DNA of 55,117 nt, the filler included, from Basidioascus undulatus (lineage: Eukaryota), in the NCBI GenBank assembly GCA_000826855.1. It is 3 parts of 3 records of this genome, joined end to end, with 100 filler letters (N's around TTAATTAATTAA, not from the genome) between each part and the next. Parts side by side here need not be neighbours in the genome. Positions count along the whole stretch, not along the records: positions 1 to 18,336 come from JTLS01000472.1; positions 18,437 to 36,735 come from JTLS01000473.1; 1 more part is not named here. The stretch is one strand, 5' to 3'. The position numbers were made by a program, and so were the translations under genes. This document shows, in pieces, positions 11,607-27,465 of the stretch. Under the pieces are notes generated by a model. The model saw only the letters and a program-made list of their open reading frames with translations. It ran no database searches and had not been told where the DNA came from. Within the stretch, counting starts at the first letter, position 1; each line of letters begins with the position of its first letter.

Positions 11607-14600
11607 TCACATGCCAAAGAGGTTCGAGACGAGGTAGCATATGCAGCCGAGGAGCTTGATAGCGTTCGTGATGGCGACGAAGATGAGGCTGTAGCCCGCA
11701 GCATCAGCAACGCTGCGGTGTGGAAAAATAATAATTGGCAGGATGAAAAGGCGCACATAAAGAGCATGTAGATCTGGGTCTTGCTTCCCGTGGCACTCTG
11801 GGACAGGACGGAGTCGCCGCCGGTGCCGTAAAGGATGCCGATGACGAGCGCGCCGTTGGTAAGGACCCACGCGAGGAGGACGTTGCTCCGGAAGCTGGCG
11901 AGGTAGTCGGCCTGCTCACGCTCGCGGTCTACGGCTGTCGAGAGCGGCTTGGGGACGGGCATGCGAGTCTGGCAGAAACGACAACGACATGAAGGTCAGT
12001 CTACTAATTGAAAATTCTGCGACCAATGCGCGCAGACTCTGCAAGATGACAACCGACCTTCAGTTTGTGCAAAGCATCAGCGTACGAAATATCGACGTCT
12101 CGCTGCTCGGCGTAGATCTCGATCTCGGCCATGCCGTCCTTCGAAGCCTTGACGACGCCAAGGTCCTTAGGGGCCTGAAGGTCGCCCTTGGTTCCCCAGG
12201 ACAGCTGTGGACCGCGATAGACCATCAGCACCTGGCGCGCACTCTCCATAGAATAAAGGGGCCAAGCGCACGTCGTGGAGGTTCGAGAACGCATAGGTGG
12301 TCAGGACGTTTGTTTGCGACGCGGCGAACAGCAGGTACTGTGGCAGACTCGTGAACAGGTGCCACGGGTCGAGGGACAGCACAGAGGCGACGACCCAGAC
12401 GCCGTAGGTAGCTGCGAGTGTCGGAGGGAACGTAATCAGTTTCGCGCCCAGGAGATGGATACGGGTACAACGCGCACCGATGAGGGAGACGACCATCTGC
12501 GCGTATATCGCGTTGTCCCTGGACTGCTTGGAGACTTGCACCGTGCAAATGATAGCAGCGACAATCATGTCTGGTTTCGCGTCCTCGGATGAGAACACGC
12601 ACGAATCTGGCGATGGGAAGGACGACTCACAGATGGATAACACCGCAAAAGCTATGATGACAGTCGTGTACTTCTTGTGCGACCCTTGTGGCCGGTTCCC
12701 GAGCGCAAACGTGAAGCATGCGACGACGAGGCCGCCGTACACGGACTGCGTGATCGAGTTGAGGATAGAGATCTTGGGGACCTGTACCGAGCACCATCAT
12801 ATCAGTCTCCATGTCGTACCCGACACCTGCTTTTTCTTAAACAAGAGAAGATAACGCACGCCGAAGCTCGGATCTTCCAATGCGCGAGTGAGGATCGAGT
12901 AGAAGAGGAAGAAGTTCGCCTGTGGAAGGGCGCATCAGCATGAGCATGCGTCCTTGCCTTTTCTTGTTCCTTTTTGAAGAAGAAAGCGAGGGAGTGTACG
13001 CACGATAGCGAACCACGAAAAGAGGAGGTTGATGGCGCTGTAGATCGTCTCGACCAGGAGCGCGATCTTGCGCAACGTGCTGTGCCCAGAGCGAAGGACC
13101 TGGCCGGTGTGCCAGAGCGCGTAGACTGCCATCACCATCACCATGTGCATCTTCGCCATCGCGTGAGCTCCATCAGGACGCACTAGCAGCGAAGAAAGAT
13201 CTGCGGCACGCACCCCCACCCATTCATCAGCCACGCGAGGCGTAGGATGGAAGATGAACGGAGGACGACGCACCCGTTCAACCATCTCCTCCGCTGCGAG
13301 ATCAACTCCGGGATCTCCCCGGGGACGTCCGTCTCGCCGACGGCCTCCTTCACATACTTGAGGACCCAGCTCTCGCCCTTCTTCGCCACGAGCTCGAAGC
13401 ACAAAATACTGAACGGTCCTCACGCACCCCAAATCAGCATTCCCTTGCCTTCGTTCGGGCAGACGAAAGAACGAGCGCACCGGTCCTCGGCGAGGTACAT
13501 GTTGCGCGCAAAGACCGACTCGTCGGACGTGTGCAGCTTCTCGCCCTTGAAGTAGCTCGCGAGCGGACCGACACCCATCGCGTCGTTCTTGAGCGCGATG
13601 TACCGGTACGCGGAAAACGCGCCGGGGAGGACCGAGATGTACCCGAACGCGGACTCGGTCGTCTTGTCCAGGATGTTGGACATCTTGTACTCGAAGCTGT
13701 GCGAGCAAGAGCAAGGCGACGTTGGCTTGAGAGAGGGGAAGGGGAGGGGAAAGAGGGAGAGGCGCACTTTTGGGAAGCGACCAGAGGGTTGAGGAGGAGC
13801 CTCCCGCGGCTGCCCACGTCCGCGCGGATCTCGCCGCACGCGCCGCCGACGCTGCTGTTCCTGTCGAATGCCTTCCAGAGGTGATAGAGCGACTTGACGC
13901 CGGGGCGGGTGCCCACGTCGAGGAGCACGCAGACGTTCGGCTGTTGTGTTTCGGTTCATGCTAGTTCAGCCACTGGGGGAGGAAGGGTGTCATGTGGGCG
14001 AAGAACGGACCTGCAAGACGGGACAGAACCCGTTGAAGAACCACCGGTGCGAGTTGATCTTCTTCGCGTTCTTCTCCTTCAGACAGAAGATGATCTATTG
14101 CCCAATCCCGCCCAGCATTAAGCCTTGCCCCCAGCATTAAGCCTCGCCCCCAGAAGCCGTCCCCCCGTTCACGCAGACGCACCTGCGTAGGGACGATCTT
14201 CTTGTCCGGCCCCTTGAATTGCAAGTCGGGGCCGATGCACAAGCTTGTCGTGTACTCGAAAAGATGCGCCTCGACCGGCCTAGATGCACGGACGCAAAGC
14301 GCATCGTGAGCTTCGAAATGGGCGCGTTCGGAGGAAACAGGTTGAGAAAAACACACTTGTCGCCCATCTCGTTCTTGGCCACCCCCTCCTGGTACACGCC
14401 CATGGCCGCCAGGCAATCCAGCACGCGCGGATGACACTTTGTCCGTCCGTCTGCGATGATCACGATAACGACCTGGTTCCGCGTCATGGGCGTGAGGTGC
14501 GCCAAGAAGGGAAGAGGAAGGGCGAAGGGGGACGGACCTTCTTCCAGGAATCGTGACCCCATTTGGAGGAATTCTTGCGCGAGACGAGGTGCGCGATATT

Positions 14601-15903
14601 CTGGTTTGGGGGAGGGGCGAGAATGAGTAAAGTGGGGGCATGGAAGCTGGAAGCATAGGGAAGGCGGACCTTCATCACGCCGTACAGCGTTCGGGTGAAG
14701 AGGATCTCATCTTCGTTGTACCTACCAGCTCGGGCAAGTCAGTTGACATGCGGAGGACAGCACGGGAGGGGGAGTGGGTTGCACGGACATCGTGATACAG
14801 ACGGCACTGTGTGCGTTGGGGATGTGAGCATGGTGTGTACAAATGCATTGGAGGGGTGCGAGAGAGCACACGCACAGCTCCGTCCGCCGACTCGCCAAGC
14901 TCTGCCGGAGCGTGAAGTTCTGCGCCTCAAACTCGTCCGGATCGCAAGTCACCGCCGTGTACCTGTCCTCCAGACACGCACTCTTTCAGCGTGCTGTGGG
15001 ATAAGAGAGGGAGGGTGGAGCACCGCAGGCGCACCTGACGCTCTGCATCTCGGGAAGGTCGCGGTTGAAGAGGACCTTGTCGAGCTCGGAGGGGATGGGG
15101 AGGTCGACGACGAGGTTTCCGGACGTGAGCGGGATACGCTTCTTGGTCTTGTTACGACGGAGGATGCGCTCCTCGGGCGGGCGCCCGAAGTGCTGGGTGT
15201 CGTCCAGGATGGGCGACTCGTAATACTCGGGATTCGCAAGGTCCGCGTCTTTCACGTCTCCCGTGGGTGCGATGAAGCGCTCGGGTGTGCCGGTCGGGGA
15301 GCGGGAGCTGTAGGGGCATGCGGTCTGTCAGCGCGGGAGAGCAGGCGGCGGAGGTGAAAGACGGACCGGAAGGTATCAAAGTTGGGCGCATCGTACGCGG
15401 GCTCGCGGTCGACCGAGTGGAAGCTGGGCGGGCCGGTAGGTTGCGGATACCCAACCGGCACGGGCGTGGACAGTCGGACGTTGTCGTACCCCTCGACGCC
15501 GACGTCGGGGAGCAGGCCCGTGTCGTAAGGCCGCAGGGGCACGTCCTCCTCCGCGTTCGCAAAAGCATCATAGCGCTCTACGGGGTAGCTGTAATCGTAC
15601 CCCGGCGCAGCGTACCCCGGGTACGGCTCGGGGTGATGATGATGGTGTTCATCTGCGAGCGCACCCCTCCATATCAGCTCGCCTTCCAGCCTCAAGACAA
15701 CATGGAGGCTCACGGATGGTATACGCCGGCTCAACTTCGTTACTAGGAGGAGAAGTAGTCCGAGGTTGAGGTGGCGTGGGCAACGGCGGGCGCGAGGGCT
15801 GGCCTTCGCCGTTGGGTGAGGTGGAGCGGACGGAGCCATTGGCGGCGAGGACGACGGGGGGTATGAGCGCGGGGGGCGCCTTGCGCGTCGGAGGAAACAC
15901 CAT
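11607..15903 (-). CDS. Chitin synthase, division 1 (class I-III type, no myosin motor), GT2; multi-exon
   Basis: Motifs [94 protein letters not shown], multi-TM C-terminus ending LVSNLFGM*. The start (MVFPPTRK) is less certain. Confidence 0.95.
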
Positions 15904-16124
15904 CGCAGGTAGAGTGGTCGTCGGCGTCGCGGCCGACGGGACTGATGACAATGGGGAGGAAGGGCGCGGCGGCGGGGAGCGGGCAAGGGGACAAGGGGAG
16001 ATGGAAGGGCAAGAGCGAGCTGTGGGGCACGAACAACAGTAATCGCGGGTCGCGGTCAGAAATCGCGGTCACGTGCGTGTGGAATCTGAGCCGACAGTCC
16101 GTGCGCCCCTCTTGTTTCCGGACC

Positions 16125-16990
16125 ATGGCATACCCACCCTCCCAATCGAAATTCATCACCGAATCATCGAGCTCGCAGGCTCACCCGAGCACCCGCTCGC
16201 ATACACCCGCGACTGAGCGACCCTCTCCTCGCTGTCCCTTGTCTCCCGCTCCTCTCCTCCCCATCGCTCGAACCTACCTCTACAGACTAGTCATCCTCTC
16301 AAATTATGAACAGCTCCACACCCTTGCTGGGACACTCGAAGCATCCTCTGCCCTCACTGCGTATGCACACATGTTCGCTTTCACGGATTTCTACACGCAC
16401 AACATGCCAGGCACCATGGGCTGCCTGCATGCTTCGAGAACATAGAGCTCGGATCCAGGACCTGCCTTGTCTCCAAGAGTTCTTCTGCTCCAGGTCTCTT
16501 GCTTGCATCCTAGACACTGAGACAAGTATGTCACATCTCCAGTGCCTGGCAGGGCTCATGCCTGCATCCATCGCAAATCCTTCTCCAGTTCTCCCCAATC
16601 TCACCACACTAGTCTCACTGGATGCCAGCCTGCTCACCGGCATGCAGGACAGGCCAAGACACCGTAAGGTGTTCGCAAGTCTCATCTGTGATGCACCCAC
16701 TGTGTTGATGCATCAGCAGTCATGCCTGGCTGACCCAGAGGCCAAGCGGGCCTGGAAGCAATCTGAAGAATGCGGTCAAGATCATGCGTGCACGATACAC
16801 TGCCAACTTCAAGGACAACAACTGGATGATGGTCAGTGATGGAACACTCTGGGAGCAGTGTGGTGTGGTTTGTTCTGAACACACTGATGTTTAATTCCAT
16901 TACCGTTCTGCAAGGCGGCTCAATGAGGGTGACCAAGGATGTGACCGTCGCCACTGAGGCACTGGACCCGGCTCATCTCTTGGATCCATG
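16125..16990 (+). pseudogene. Degenerate F-box-like or basidiomycete-specific hypothetical gene relic, CpG-depleted
   Basis: LLPIARTYLYRLVILSNYEQLHTLAGTLEASSALTAYAH resembles the post-F-box segment of expanded basidiomycete families; 'PVLPNLTTL' is LRR-like. Contains stops and frameshifts. Confidence 0.4.
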
Positions 16991-17217
16991 AATACATGAA
17001 TGGGATTTATGTGAAGTCAAAAAAAAACGTGCCACTTTGAGACTATGCGGAAACTACGTCGGCGACAAACGACGACAAACGACATGACTTCCGTGGACAA
17101 TCCGCGACATGTTGGAGGCTGCTCGGCCGACCGCGCCACTGAGCCGAGAAGACCGCTGCCTCAGCTTCCCCTGCCCCTGCCCTCTTGCTTGCCACTGCAT
17201 CCCCTTCGCTCTCCAGC

Positions 17218-18336
17218 ATGGCCACCGCGATCCTTTGCCGTGCGGCGTGGCGCTTCGGTGCGCGCGCGCTCTCCACTGCGTCCCTTCCTACGACCTACCC
17301 GCTCCCCGTCCAGGGCGCGCCGAAGGATGGCTTTGTCGGTGCCCTCGGCAACACTCCGCTGGTGGGTCGCTTGCGATGCAGGGAGGCAGGGGAAGGGTGC
17401 TGAAGTTGAGAAGGGACTGTAGATTCGCTTGAACAAGCTCAGCGAGGAGATCGGCGCCGACATCCTCGCGAAGGCGGAGTTTATGAACCCTGGTGGGAGC
17501 GTGAAGGACCGCGCTGCGCTCGGGCTGGTGCTGGACGCTGAGGAGAAGGGTGAGTCGTGCGGTCCCTGGTTGAGCAATTACTCGATGCTCATGCTGTTTA
17601 TCTGCTGCATGCAGGCCAGCTCAAGCCCGGTGGGACGGTGGTGGAGGGCACGGCTGGAAACACCGGCATTGGTCTCGCGCGGTGCGTCTTCCTTTCCTTG
17701 GTCACCCATATTTGGAGGGTACACTGACTGGTGGAGTGGGGATTTGCAGCGTCTGCCGGGCTCGCGGGTACAAATGCGTTATCTACATGCCCAACACTCA
17801 GAGCCAGGAGAAGATCGACCTCCTTCGCATGCTCGGCGCCGAGGTCTACCCTGTCCCTGGTGCGTTTTCTCTTGTTTTGGTTGAACGTTCAGCTGTAGTA
17901 GATTGCTCACACTTGTAGGGGAAATACAGCTGTCGCATTCGAGAACCCCGAAAACTACAACCACCAGGCGCAGCGGCATGCCGAGCGTCTCCCGAATGCG
18001 TGCGTCTCCTTCGCCTTGTCAGGGGAGGAGGGAGAGGGAAAGGCGTTCTCACAGTGCACTGGCTCGGTTCTCACAGGATCTGGACGAATCAGTTCGACAA
18101 CCCGGCAGGGAACCGGGAGATCCATGTGCTGACGACGGGCCCCGAGATCTGGGCTCAGACGAACGGCGGGCAGCTCGACGCGTTCACGTGCGCGACGGGC
18201 ACGGGCGGCACGCTCGCCGGGACGACGCGCTTCCTCAAGGAGAAGAGCGGCGGGCGCGTCAAGTGCTTCCTCGCCGACCCGCCGGGGAGCGTCCTCGCGA
18301 GCTACCTCCAGAGCGGGGGGAAGCTGATGGAGCGCA
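17218..18336 (+). CDS. Cysteine synthase (O-acetylserine sulfhydrylase, PLP-dependent), with a probable mitochondrial presequence; truncated by the gap
   Basis: [20 protein letters not shown] presequence; [28 protein letters not shown] (PLP lysine), [40 protein letters not shown]. Confidence 0.93.
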
Positions 18337-18436
18337 NNNNNNNNNNNNNNNNNNNNNNNNNNNNNNNNNNNNNNNNNNNNTTAATTAATTAANNNNNNNN
18401 NNNNNNNNNNNNNNNNNNNNNNNNNNNNNNNNNNNN
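18337..18436. other. Assembly gap or contig linker (N-run + TTAATTAATTAA + N-run)
   Basis: Artificial 12-mer with stops in all six frames inside Ns; unrelated genes are cut on each side. Confidence 0.97.
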
Positions 18437-18630
18437 AGACGCCGTACCCGTACCTCTCGCCCGCGCACCTGCGCGACCTCGTCCTCGCGCGCGAGCACTC
18501 GCCCGCGCGCAGGCAACGCCTGTGGGCGCGCGTCGCAAAGATCGTCGAGGGCAACGCGAACGTCCAGACGCGCCAGGCTGAGTCACGCGGCGAGATTAGC
18601 GACGTGTGGGAATGGCGGTCGTCGCTTTGA
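18437..18630 (+). CDS. C-terminal end of a Man1/Src1 (Heh1-like) inner nuclear membrane protein, MSC domain; 5' part lost in the gap
   Basis: PYPYLSPAHLRDLVLAREHSPARRQRLWARVAKIVEGNANVQTRQAESRGEISDVWEWRSSL* matches the Man1-Src1 C-terminal winged-helix pattern (LRD...LW..V...VE.NxNV...GE...VWEW). Confidence 0.85.
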
Positions 18631-19774
18631 ATGCGCTTGGTCGAGGAGAGGGGAGGGAGTGATTTTTGTTGAGATGAGGGGAGGAGAGGGCGATGAGTAC
18701 CTATGAGAGATAGGAGGGCTGGGGCACGTTCTTACTCTTGCGTTTAGTTTGTAGTCTTTTTCACGTTCAAGCTTGTATGGGTGATATGGTCGTTTGTTTC
18801 GCCGATCCTCAAGCTGGGAGATAGAACTCAGCTAGATCTAGACTCAGCTGCACTGTGTCTTCAGTGACTGACCAGTTCCATTCAGTTCTAGTGCGGCTGT
18901 ACGTGTCGTGCTCGCTGAAGTGCGGCCACGCAGCTTAGACGAGAAGAAAAACAAGACAGTCCTTCGTGCCTGCACAGCGGAAACAAAATATAAGATATTT
19001 CCTTAGGTTCAGGTCAGATACCGAACGACATTTGCGACAGATACCGGCGTACCAGCCAGCGGTGTTTGCCGACTTTCCGGGACGCCAGCGATCGGGACAT
19101 CTTCCCAGCTTTGCTCATACGATACGCGCATATCCAGCGTACGCTCTTGTCCAATGTGAACCCGGAACGCCTGACCAACTGATGAAGAATCACCCGCAGA
19201 TGGATTCAGCGAGCGCGGTTTCATGAGGGTCGCGCTTCTTCGCATCGTCTCCCCTTCCGACATACCGACGCCCGTCATCCTCCCCCTGCTCGTCAACGCT
19301 TACAACACCTGTCGCGAGAGCATCGTGCCCCACGTTAGTCTCGACACCGACCCCGCAATTTTTCGGTGCTGTAGAAGATCGCCGACCTCGAGCGCTCCCC
19401 GACGTCTGATGTCCCGTGCCAAACCGAGGTGCGGCTCATCGCGCCGCAGGCCAGCATTGGCGCACCGCTCGCCTTCGTGCTCACGCGTCTTGTCATCGAG
19501 AAGCGCGGCTGTGCGGAGCTGGAGGGAGATTCGCGCCTGGAGGACACTGCCGGAGGAGCTGAAGGACGGGATGAAGCTTGCGCACGTCAAGCAGGTCACG
19601 TCCGACAAGATGTTGGGCTGTTCTGCGCGCGGCAGTGTGGAGGCGCCAGAAAAGCGGGAGGAAGCGAACCGGGACTTTTAAGGATAACGAGCAACAGCGA
19701 CACGCTCAAATAAACAGCTCCTTCAATTGACCATACCATCGTCCCCAAAACCCACACCGCCCGCGCAGGGATGT

Positions 19775-22720
<2,946 letters not shown>

Positions 22721-23145
22721 GGTCGCGTGAGAAACACAGTTTCAGGGCGCTTCGCGGATAGCGGAAGCGTTACAATGCAGTGCCGGAGAAGGGAAGACGG
22801 AAAAGTTTCAGGGGGTCGTTTGAGTGAGGGTGCTGGTGTCGGTGGGATGTGGGCAAGCAGCTGCTGAGCCCTGGCGCGAGCAGGTCGGGCGTTGGGCTGC
22901 AGGCCCCGTTTCGCAATCGCCAAATAAAATGACGGATCACAGCCATTTAGGCGTTCTAGCACTGACATCCTGCTATTATTCATTTTCTCACCATCGTGAG
23001 CATAGTTTTGCTTTTGAAAGTTGGATAATTGAGCGAGTGACGCGCCGGTTCCGCCTCTCAACAACGTTCGGCGAAAGGGTACGCGCACCTTCACTCCGAG
23101 CCACCACCATCTCAAAACAACACTGACTGCTTCCAAGAACTGGCA

Positions 23146-24400
23146 ATGGCCCCGCCTACCGTGCTTGCACTCCTGTCGAAGCCATGTCGCTCGCATTCGC
23201 CGTCGACGCGTATCCCAAGCTCTCGGGCGGACTCGACTTCCTTGCGCCTCTCGCTTCACTCGCGCAGCGGCTGCCTCGTCCTCGCGCTCACTCAGGAATA
23301 CGTTTTAAATCATGACATTGTTCTCGAGCAGACCCCCGATCCATCACCCTCCGCAGCGAAACGCCCGCTCTTCCGCCTTGCCGCGGTCCAGGAGATCCTC
23401 GACATGATCGCCGATGCGCTCGTGGACTCCTCCATCGAGGGCGCGAGGCTGGCCGCGATCAGACAGATGGAATATGAGCATGATTGCTGAAAGTGGGGCA
23501 GTGCGCAAACTTCTCTCGTAAGCGCCTGCCTGTTTCGCTCAGCCGCGGCTCGCAGGACCCGAGTGGTGGCAAAGCTGCCTCGAGTGCATCAACGGCCCTC
23601 TCGCTCGTTTACAACGATCACCATCTCAGCAATGCGGAGGCTGGTCAGGCAGCCGCGCTTCTGCGCCCTGTGGGACGACTCTGCATGTCTAAAGTTTCAC
23701 GCTTCGTTGGACACCCGTACCTTACGAGTCGTGTGCATCGCAGTACGGTCTTCAGCTCCTCTCCCGCGCGCACTGTCTACTTTATCGGCCGCTCCACCAT
23801 CACCGCGAAGGTGCCTCGCAACGCGACCATGTCAAGCGCGCCAAAGCGACGGCTGCCATGCGCGAGACGAGCAGGCGCCCGTTCGAGCTTGCCGTCCAGC
23901 GCTGTACGCCCCCCGCTCCAGCCGTCAAGGTATTTGGAGTGGGTGGGCCTACTCCCGCGGGCTATGGATAGATGTACGCGAAGGTTCTTGGGGACTATGT
24001 GGCGCTGCCTGGAGAGCCGTTTGCGGTTGTGCTGCATGGGCTCGTGGACGTGGGGTTGCTTGGAGTCTCTCTGACCCGGGGCACATGGTCTGAGTTTCGG
24101 ACAAGGATGTGGTTCTCTTGGGCATGATGAATACCAGCGGACCATCTGTACTTTGGGTGTGTGACGGCTGATCCGCGTATTTTGATCGCTTCTCGTGGAT
24201 CAAGGTGCAGCCGACAGAAATGCGCTTAGTACTGTTACTCGCCAACGTCGCACAGGCAGAGAGCGCTCAGGATCAATACTTACGCCAGTCATTTCCGTGT
24301 CTCTGTTTTTGTGTTATGCGGTACCGCGGCATGCTACGAAGTCCGGCGACGTACAGGATAATGGCAGACAGGCGACAATGTATGATCTTAAACCGAGCTA
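23146..24400 (+). pseudogene. Degenerate hypothetical gene, possibly F-box-like
   Basis: PLFRLAAVQEILDMIADAL resembles an F-box start (LPxEIxxxI). It is followed by stops and broken frames, with no confident family. Confidence 0.25.
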
Positions 24401-24480
24401 AGAGCGAACGCGGCCAGCGCATTGGAGACAGCGATTTATCGACTTTTCATGAACAGGTTCGCACCGCTGGGCAATGCGGT

Positions 24481-25419
24481 CTACCGTCCCCCGAACCCCT
24501 CAAACGCCCGCTTGAAGGTGGGCAAGTTACCGCTCCCGCTCCTGTCGATCACCGCAAAGCAGACCTCGTCGAACGCCTGCCGCACATCGTTCTCCGACAG
24601 CGTCTCCCGCCAGAACTCGACCACCGCTTCGGGCGGGTTGTGGAACGCGCCGCAGCCAAGCCTGCGAATTTGATGTCAGGGTTGTTGCTCGATAGAACAA
24701 GGTACTCGAAACGAAGGCACGCACGCTCCGAGAACGAGGTGTGTGACCCCGCGGTTCTTCGCGATGCGCAACTGAGGAAGAACAGGCGAGTAAGTGACAT
24801 GAGAGGACTGAGACGGGTATGGTCAACGCACGATCTGCCTCATCTTGTTCTTCGTAATCAACTCGTCCTCTCGCCTCGCAAAGCCCTTCCCGCTCTCATC
24901 CAGCTCCGGATTCCTCAGCGCCGCCACGCTGACGACGCGGACGTCGAACCTCCCGCTCTCAGGCAGCACCACGTTGCCTCCCGCGTCCTCCCCCCTAAAC
25001 ACCCTCACGCCCTCACACCAGATGCCCGTCGTCTCCGTCTCGAACGGGTAGACGATCCCGCTGCGCTTCTGGCCCTTGGTCAAGTGGAGATACAGCGTCG
25101 ATCTCCGGCAAAGCGCCTCCTCCTGCGCGCCTGCGCCCGTGCGGAACCCCCCGCCCGGCCAGACGTGCGACGCCATGTTGAGCACGGCGACACGGGCGGC
25201 GCCGTGCGCACGAACGAGAGGCTCTGCAGCCGTGAGCGTGTCCGCGTTGACGACGCGGTAGACGGTCTGCCTTTGAGTACCCGCAGGCGTGACGGGCAGG
25301 AGGTCCTTGTAGCAGACCGTCTTCGAGAGCGCGGAGGTGAGGAAGGGGAGCAGAGCAGGGTAGTGCTTCGTAACGTTCTCGTCAGCTATGAGGGTGCGTC
25401 GCTCTCGAGGAAAAGCCAT
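24481..25419 (-). CDS. Microbial-type poly(ADP-ribose) glycohydrolase (TIGR02452/DUF2263 macrodomain); 3 exons
   Basis: VAVLNMASHVWPGGGFRTGAGAQEEALCRRSTLY (GGG-x6-QEE PARG signature), VVSVAALRNP, LGCGAFHNPPEAV, FDEVCFAVID, ending FEGFGGR*. Confidence 0.9.
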
Positions 25420-27465
25420 GATCGAGCGGCTGAAGCACAGATGAGTACGAGGGCAAGATAGGCTGGAGGGGAAAACAAGGAGAACACGACGACCACGGCG
25501 ACAGGGCGGAATCAGAGAGGGCTGTGCACTGCGTTGCCTATCGGGCCCGAAACACTATGAAATTCGTTCGGCGACAAGTTGACCTGCTGCACGTACATTA
25601 TGTTGACGATTACCTGGTTTTCTGTTCCTGCATACGATGGATTGATTCGATGTTTCTCGTACCTCAGGGGAATCGGTCTACACATTTTTGTCCCGCGCCG
25701 CCGTTCGACGCAAACGGCCCTAACATCGAAGCCTTTCGGTGATACTGATTTCATTCACCATGATCTGCTGTGGCAAGCTGTCTGCTGTCCGCCTGGCGCC
25801 TACGAATCCAATAAATTATGTAAAGTGTTATTTTTCTGCCCATATCGATTGAAGAAGACATTTTGAACACAAGAGAACGGATTCTGGCCAGGACCAACTG
25901 TGGTGAGACACCCTTGCCTGGCGTACGGTCGAAGAAATACAGTCAACCTTCCGTTGTCCTCCATAAATCTTCCTGATATTCAACCTAATTCTTGAGTAAA
26001 ATTGAACAATAACGACGCAGACAAGTCAGCCCTAGCAAACCCAAAGCCATCGGGGTGCAGCAGCATGCGTTTGTTGGTGTTGCTTGCAGCCTATGGAATG
26101 TCAGTCCTGGCTGAGTGATGTTCTCATCGCACAAGTATGATAAGGATCTACTTTAAACTTACTCACATGTTGCCTGGAAGTGGATCATGTATCTAAACAG
26201 ATTCCAGATTGGAAACGCGGAGAAGCGAAAGCGTCAGGCCGTTGCCAGCTTGTGCATCTCATGCCGCAGTTACAACCACGGCCGAGTCCCAGAAGGTTAG
26301 TATTCCAATCCAAAAGAACCTATTAATTTTATGATATTGAGTCTGGTGGAGTCAGGTTAGCCGCCGACAGCAGGCGGGTATTGCATCGCAAGCCGCATTG
26401 ACTGGCTTTGCGGGTGTACATGTCCTAACACTCTACAAGATAATTTCAACACGGAAGAATAATTTTAAATGCTATACTGAAGGAGTGTAGACCTCAAGAA
26501 CAGGGCGGAAATCTCTCTTGCTGTCCAGCAAGACCTTCAGTTATGTTCGGAAATGCACGGCTACTGCATACGAGGAGGACCATCAGCGCATGCATGAATT
26601 CTATCAGACAAGTTCAAAGGGAATCGGACCTCCCGCGGTGCGACGGCCTACATCCACAAGTTTGTTGCAAAGCAACTGCTCAAGCGACGGGGTGGTTAAT
26701 GTCCCCGAAATCTCCGTGTCCTGATCATTCTTTTGGCATTCATGTATGTTCGTTTTCTGTTAGCTTGGCCGCCGTTCTCCTTTCCCCGATCTCAACAGAA
26801 ATTTAAGAAGTTTGAAGGACACGAGTCAGACAATGTGGAAGGTGCAGCTGTAGCTGAGCATGTAGTGACGGACCACCCCGCCCGGACGCCCCTCGTCGGG
26901 TCCATCGTGTTCGCTTCAGCTCTGTCACAAGACCGCAGACAGAGCGTGAAGAGACTTGACGTGCCAGCCGTGCTCGTTCGTCCCGCCGAAGACGGCCTGG
27001 AACCAGAACGTCGACCCGTCCGGCGGAGTCAGGCAGCGGTACTGCGTGAACCAGCCGAGGTGCTCGTCCGTCATGCGCTGGACTAGGAGAGCGAGGGTGC
27101 GCTGCTGCTCGGTGAGGGACGCATCGAGGTCGACGATGTGGAAAAGTATGTGGGGACAGCTTTGAACAGTGTCAATCCAAGACAACGGAAAAGGAAATCC
27201 GGACTTACGCTTATGTGCATGCCTTTGCATTGACCGCATTGCAGGCTCGGTCTGTTATTACACCGATAATGATTTCGTGTCCATACCATCTCGTAAGTCC
27301 ATGGCGACCATATGATAGTTAGACAATCGCTTGAAAGCACTGAAGTGCTTCATCACGATCACGATCACCTGGCCTAATGTAGTTACGTAGTAGCGGAGAT
27401 CATGCCTATAAGAACACGACTTGCGTCCAGTCCCCTCTGCAGCTCTTGTCGTTTCGTAGCCAACA

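Noticed and set aside
2326..18336. Possible sulfur/glutathione cluster (GGT plus cysteine synthase)
   Set aside because: The genes are over 12 kb apart and separated by unrelated genes, with no evidence of clustering.
18381..18392. Palindromic TTAATTAATTAA, repeated at 36780-36791
   Set aside because: It sits inside N-runs and is an artificial contig-joining linker. Gene order across it is not trustworthy.
24205..25461. 418-aa plus-strand ORF and similar long ORFs (21088-22053, 14695-15357, 523-1248)
   Set aside because: These are antisense shadows of real GC-rich genes (PARG, Prp4, CHS, amylase).
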